Below are positions 35,084 through 37,770 of a stretch of DNA of 37,770 nucleotides, one piece after another. Position 1 is the first letter of the stretch. Each line of letters starts with the position of its first letter. A program made the translations under genes and the position numbers. This DNA is from Seison nebaliae (lineage: Eukaryota): contig JALJEE010002753.1 of assembly GCA_023231475.1 (NCBI GenBank), positions 1 through 37,770 of the forward strand. The letters are read 5' to 3'. Under the pieces are notes generated by a model. That model ran no database searches and was not told where the DNA came from. It saw nothing but the letters and a program-made list of their open reading frames with translations.

Positions 35084-36941
35084 ATGTTTATTCGTAAGAT
35101 TACATCATCCTTCAACAAACCGTTACTTCGTCAACATCAACAACGAAGATTACTTTCATTATCGTCGTTGTTAAATATAAAATTTTATGATTCGGCAACA
35201 TCGGCAATTGATGATATTCCATCCAATTCTAAATTATTAGTGGGTGGATTCGGTGTTTGTGGAACGCCAAATGAATTATTGAAAGCTTTATCGAGTAAAC
35301 GTCATATAAACAATTTGACGGTTGTATCGAATAATTGTGGTTTACAAGATTTCGGTTTGGGACTTCTACTTAATGAACGACAAGTTCTTTTTTGAAATTT
35401 TGTTAATTTAAAATTTTTCTAAAAATCTCAGATAAAACGAATGATTTCTTCTTATGTTGGAGAGAATGCAGAATTCGAACGTCAATATCTTTCCGGTGAA
35501 TTAGAAGTGGAATTGACACCACAAGTTTATTTGAATCTTTTTCAAAAATTTTTCAATCGAAATTTCCAGGGAACTTTAGCGGAGAAAGTGAGAGCTGGTG
35601 GTGCTGGTATTCCAGCCTTCTTTACAACGACTGGTGTAAATACTTTGATACATGAAGGTGGTGCTCCAATTAAATATAACGACAAAGGAGAAATTACTGT
35701 GAAAAGTAAAAAACGAGAAGCAAGAACATTCAATGGAAGAGAATATATCATGGAGGAATCAATAACAGCTGATTACGCTTTAATTAAAGCATGGAAATGT
35801 GATAAATTGGGAAATTTAGTATTTAGGAAAACAGCAAATAATTTCAATCAAGCAATGAGCAAAGCAGCGAAAACAACGATCGTGGAAGTAGAGGAAATAG
35901 TGGAAGCAGGAGAATTACCATCTGGTGCCATTCATGTTCCATCAGTTTACGTTCAACGCATTTATAAAGGAAAAGATTATTCGAAAAAACGAATCGAAGT
36001 TAAAATTGTTTTAAATTAGAATGAAAATTATGAAATTTCTCTAAAAGAAAGTGAGAAATTTTGATCCGAATGAAAGTTCAATGATTAAAGACAAAAGAAG
36101 AGATAGAATCATTCGTCGAGCAGCATTAGAATTCACTGATGGAATGTATGGTTAATATTTTCACGAGAATTTTAGAAAATTTTAAATTCGAATAGCAAAT
36201 TTGGGAATTGGTCTCCCGACCAAAGTGGCAAATTATATTCCGAAAGATATTTCCGTTTATCTCCAAAGTGAAAATGGAGTTTTGGGTCTGGTTATTTTCC
36301 ATTTTCCATTCGATTAAATGTATATTCTTCAGGATAATTATCCTTTGAAAGGAGAAGAAGATGCTGATCTGATTAATGCAGGAAAAGAAACAGTAACTGT
36401 TCGAGTTGGTGCTGCATATTTTGGAAGTGATGATTCATTTGCAATGATTCGTGGGTTCTCAATTGACTAAAATATCTTTAAATAATTATTCGTATTTAGT
36501 GGCCATATCAATATGACGATGTTGGGAGCGATGCAAGTGAATGAATTTGGTGATCTCTCCAATTGGATGATTCCAGTTTAAATCTAAAAAAAATTTTTCA
36601 AATTTTTCAAATTGTATTCTTAAAAATATTAGAAAATTATGGTGAAAGGAATGGGTGGTGCCATGGATTTAGTAGGTGCTGCTAGTACGAAGGTCATCGT
36701 TGTCATGGAACATACGACGAAGAAAGGTGGAGCGAAGATCTTAAAGAAATGTCAACTTCCATTGACTGGAAAACGAGTTGTAGATAAAATTATTACCGAT
36801 ATGGCAGTTTTTGAAGTAGATAGTACGAATGGTCTCTTATTGACGGAGATCTCTTCAGATACATCAGTCGATGAGGTGAAGAAAGTAACTGAATGCCAAT
36901 TCACAACGTCACCGAACTTAATTCCAATGAAACAAATTTGA
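35084..36941 (+). CDS. OXCT1: Mitochondrial succinyl-CoA:3-oxoacid CoA-transferase (SCOT), ~508 aa; exons 35084-35383, 35432-35524, 35570-35998, 36048-36150, 36196-36290, 36333-36454, 36500-36575, 36633-36941
   Basis: Arg-rich presequence, [47 protein letters not shown], catalytic [30 protein letters not shown]. Seven GTT..AG introns restore the conserved alignment. Confidence 0.97.
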
Positions 36942-37154
36942 ATTTGTAATGAAGTTTTTAGTTGATTAAGATTTCAATATTAATTTCAAAATAAACTTAT
37001 AAATATTTAGAGAAAATTTTATTTTCAAACAAAATTATAAATATTAAAAGAAAATTTTTTTTTTTCAAACAAAATCGAAATTGATTGAAGTATTCTTGAA
37101 ATTTTCTTCACTTCCTTTGGAATTGCAACAAAAACCGAAATTTATTGAGGTAGT

Positions 37155-37396
37155 TTAGTGTGGTTGTAACAGGAAATTGGTACAATTATCCTCCAATTCC
37201 ATTAGATAAATTGTATTCCAAATAGTCTTCGAATTGGTTCGGTGGTGGGACAATTCCCCCGAGGACAACCTTACTCGTCCATTTTTCCCTTGTCTAGCTG
37301 AGTGGTAGAAGAGGACCATGACATTCAAGACACTTGTATGTCCTCTTCCTTCCCTTTTGATCAATTTGTCGATCGGAACATCAATTCCGAATTGAC
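37155..37396 (-). CDS. Possible terminal exon or gene/TE fragment of unknown product
   Basis: An open, relatively GC-rich stretch follows an acceptor-like TTTTATTATAG. Upstream segments (37440-37610) look coding-like but are interrupted by stops; no family recognised. Confidence 0.25.
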
Positions 37397-37770
37397 CTAT
37401 AATAAAAATAAACATTTAAAAATTCACTGAATTTCACTATTCATTCCACGACTTTTATATTCGGATTGTGTACATTTGTGCGCTTAATTTTATTTATATA
37501 ATTAAATATATATTTCGAAAGTATTATGAGTTGTCATAATTTTATTGGTGGACGAATGGTAGAGTGCCACGTCATGTATAATTTCTAACGTATCTCCATC
37601 AACCCATTTCAATTACGTGTCCCAATAAAAAGTTCACAGTTTTACACAAAATTTTTAAGCAAAATAAACAAAATTTTATTTGGAGAAATGAAAGGAAAAT
37701 ATAAATGAGAATTGAACAAATGGTTAAATTAAATTAAATTCGGTGAGTAGTTATCATCACTTAAGATTAT

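Noticed and set aside
4854..36632. U12-type (minor) intron explanation for the odd donors
   Set aside because: There is no GTATCCTT/ATATCCTT donor or TCCTTAAC branch motif; +3 is T, not A.
5946..36941. Stop-codon reassignment or frameshifting as the cause of the fragmented ORFs
   Set aside because: Every break is resolved by a short GT..AG intron, and TAA, TAG and TGA all serve as true terminators.
1..37770. Assigning the sequence to a specific animal taxon
   Set aside because: Gene content supports a ciliated invertebrate with a compact AT-rich genome, but nothing here identifies the species without a search.

Overview
AT-rich, gene-dense animal (metazoan) genomic DNA using the standard genetic code. 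In order it contains: tRNA-Arg(TCG); a ~1.8 kb mosaic of transposon-like repeats; a SOL/calpain-15 protease (+); BBS9/PTHB1 (+) with an RFX X-box just upstream; a tau/MAP2-family gene (-) with a probable distant alternative 5' end; a divergent class-B/adhesion-type 7TM receptor (+); a GH18 chitinase (+); an intronless, highly divergent Dicer-like gene (+); and SCOT/OXCT (+). I reconstructed 39 introns by hand from reading frame and protein homology. The main result is that essentially all of them begin GTT (38 of 39; the other has either a GTT or a GTC donor). None has the usual GTRAG consensus, almost all are 42-63 nt long, and AAG acceptors are common. This suggests a rewired 5' splice-site recognition system. 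The second highlight is the Dicer: both RNase III active sites are intact, but the helicase and PAZ regions are decayed. All gene models are manual, without RNA data or database searches.
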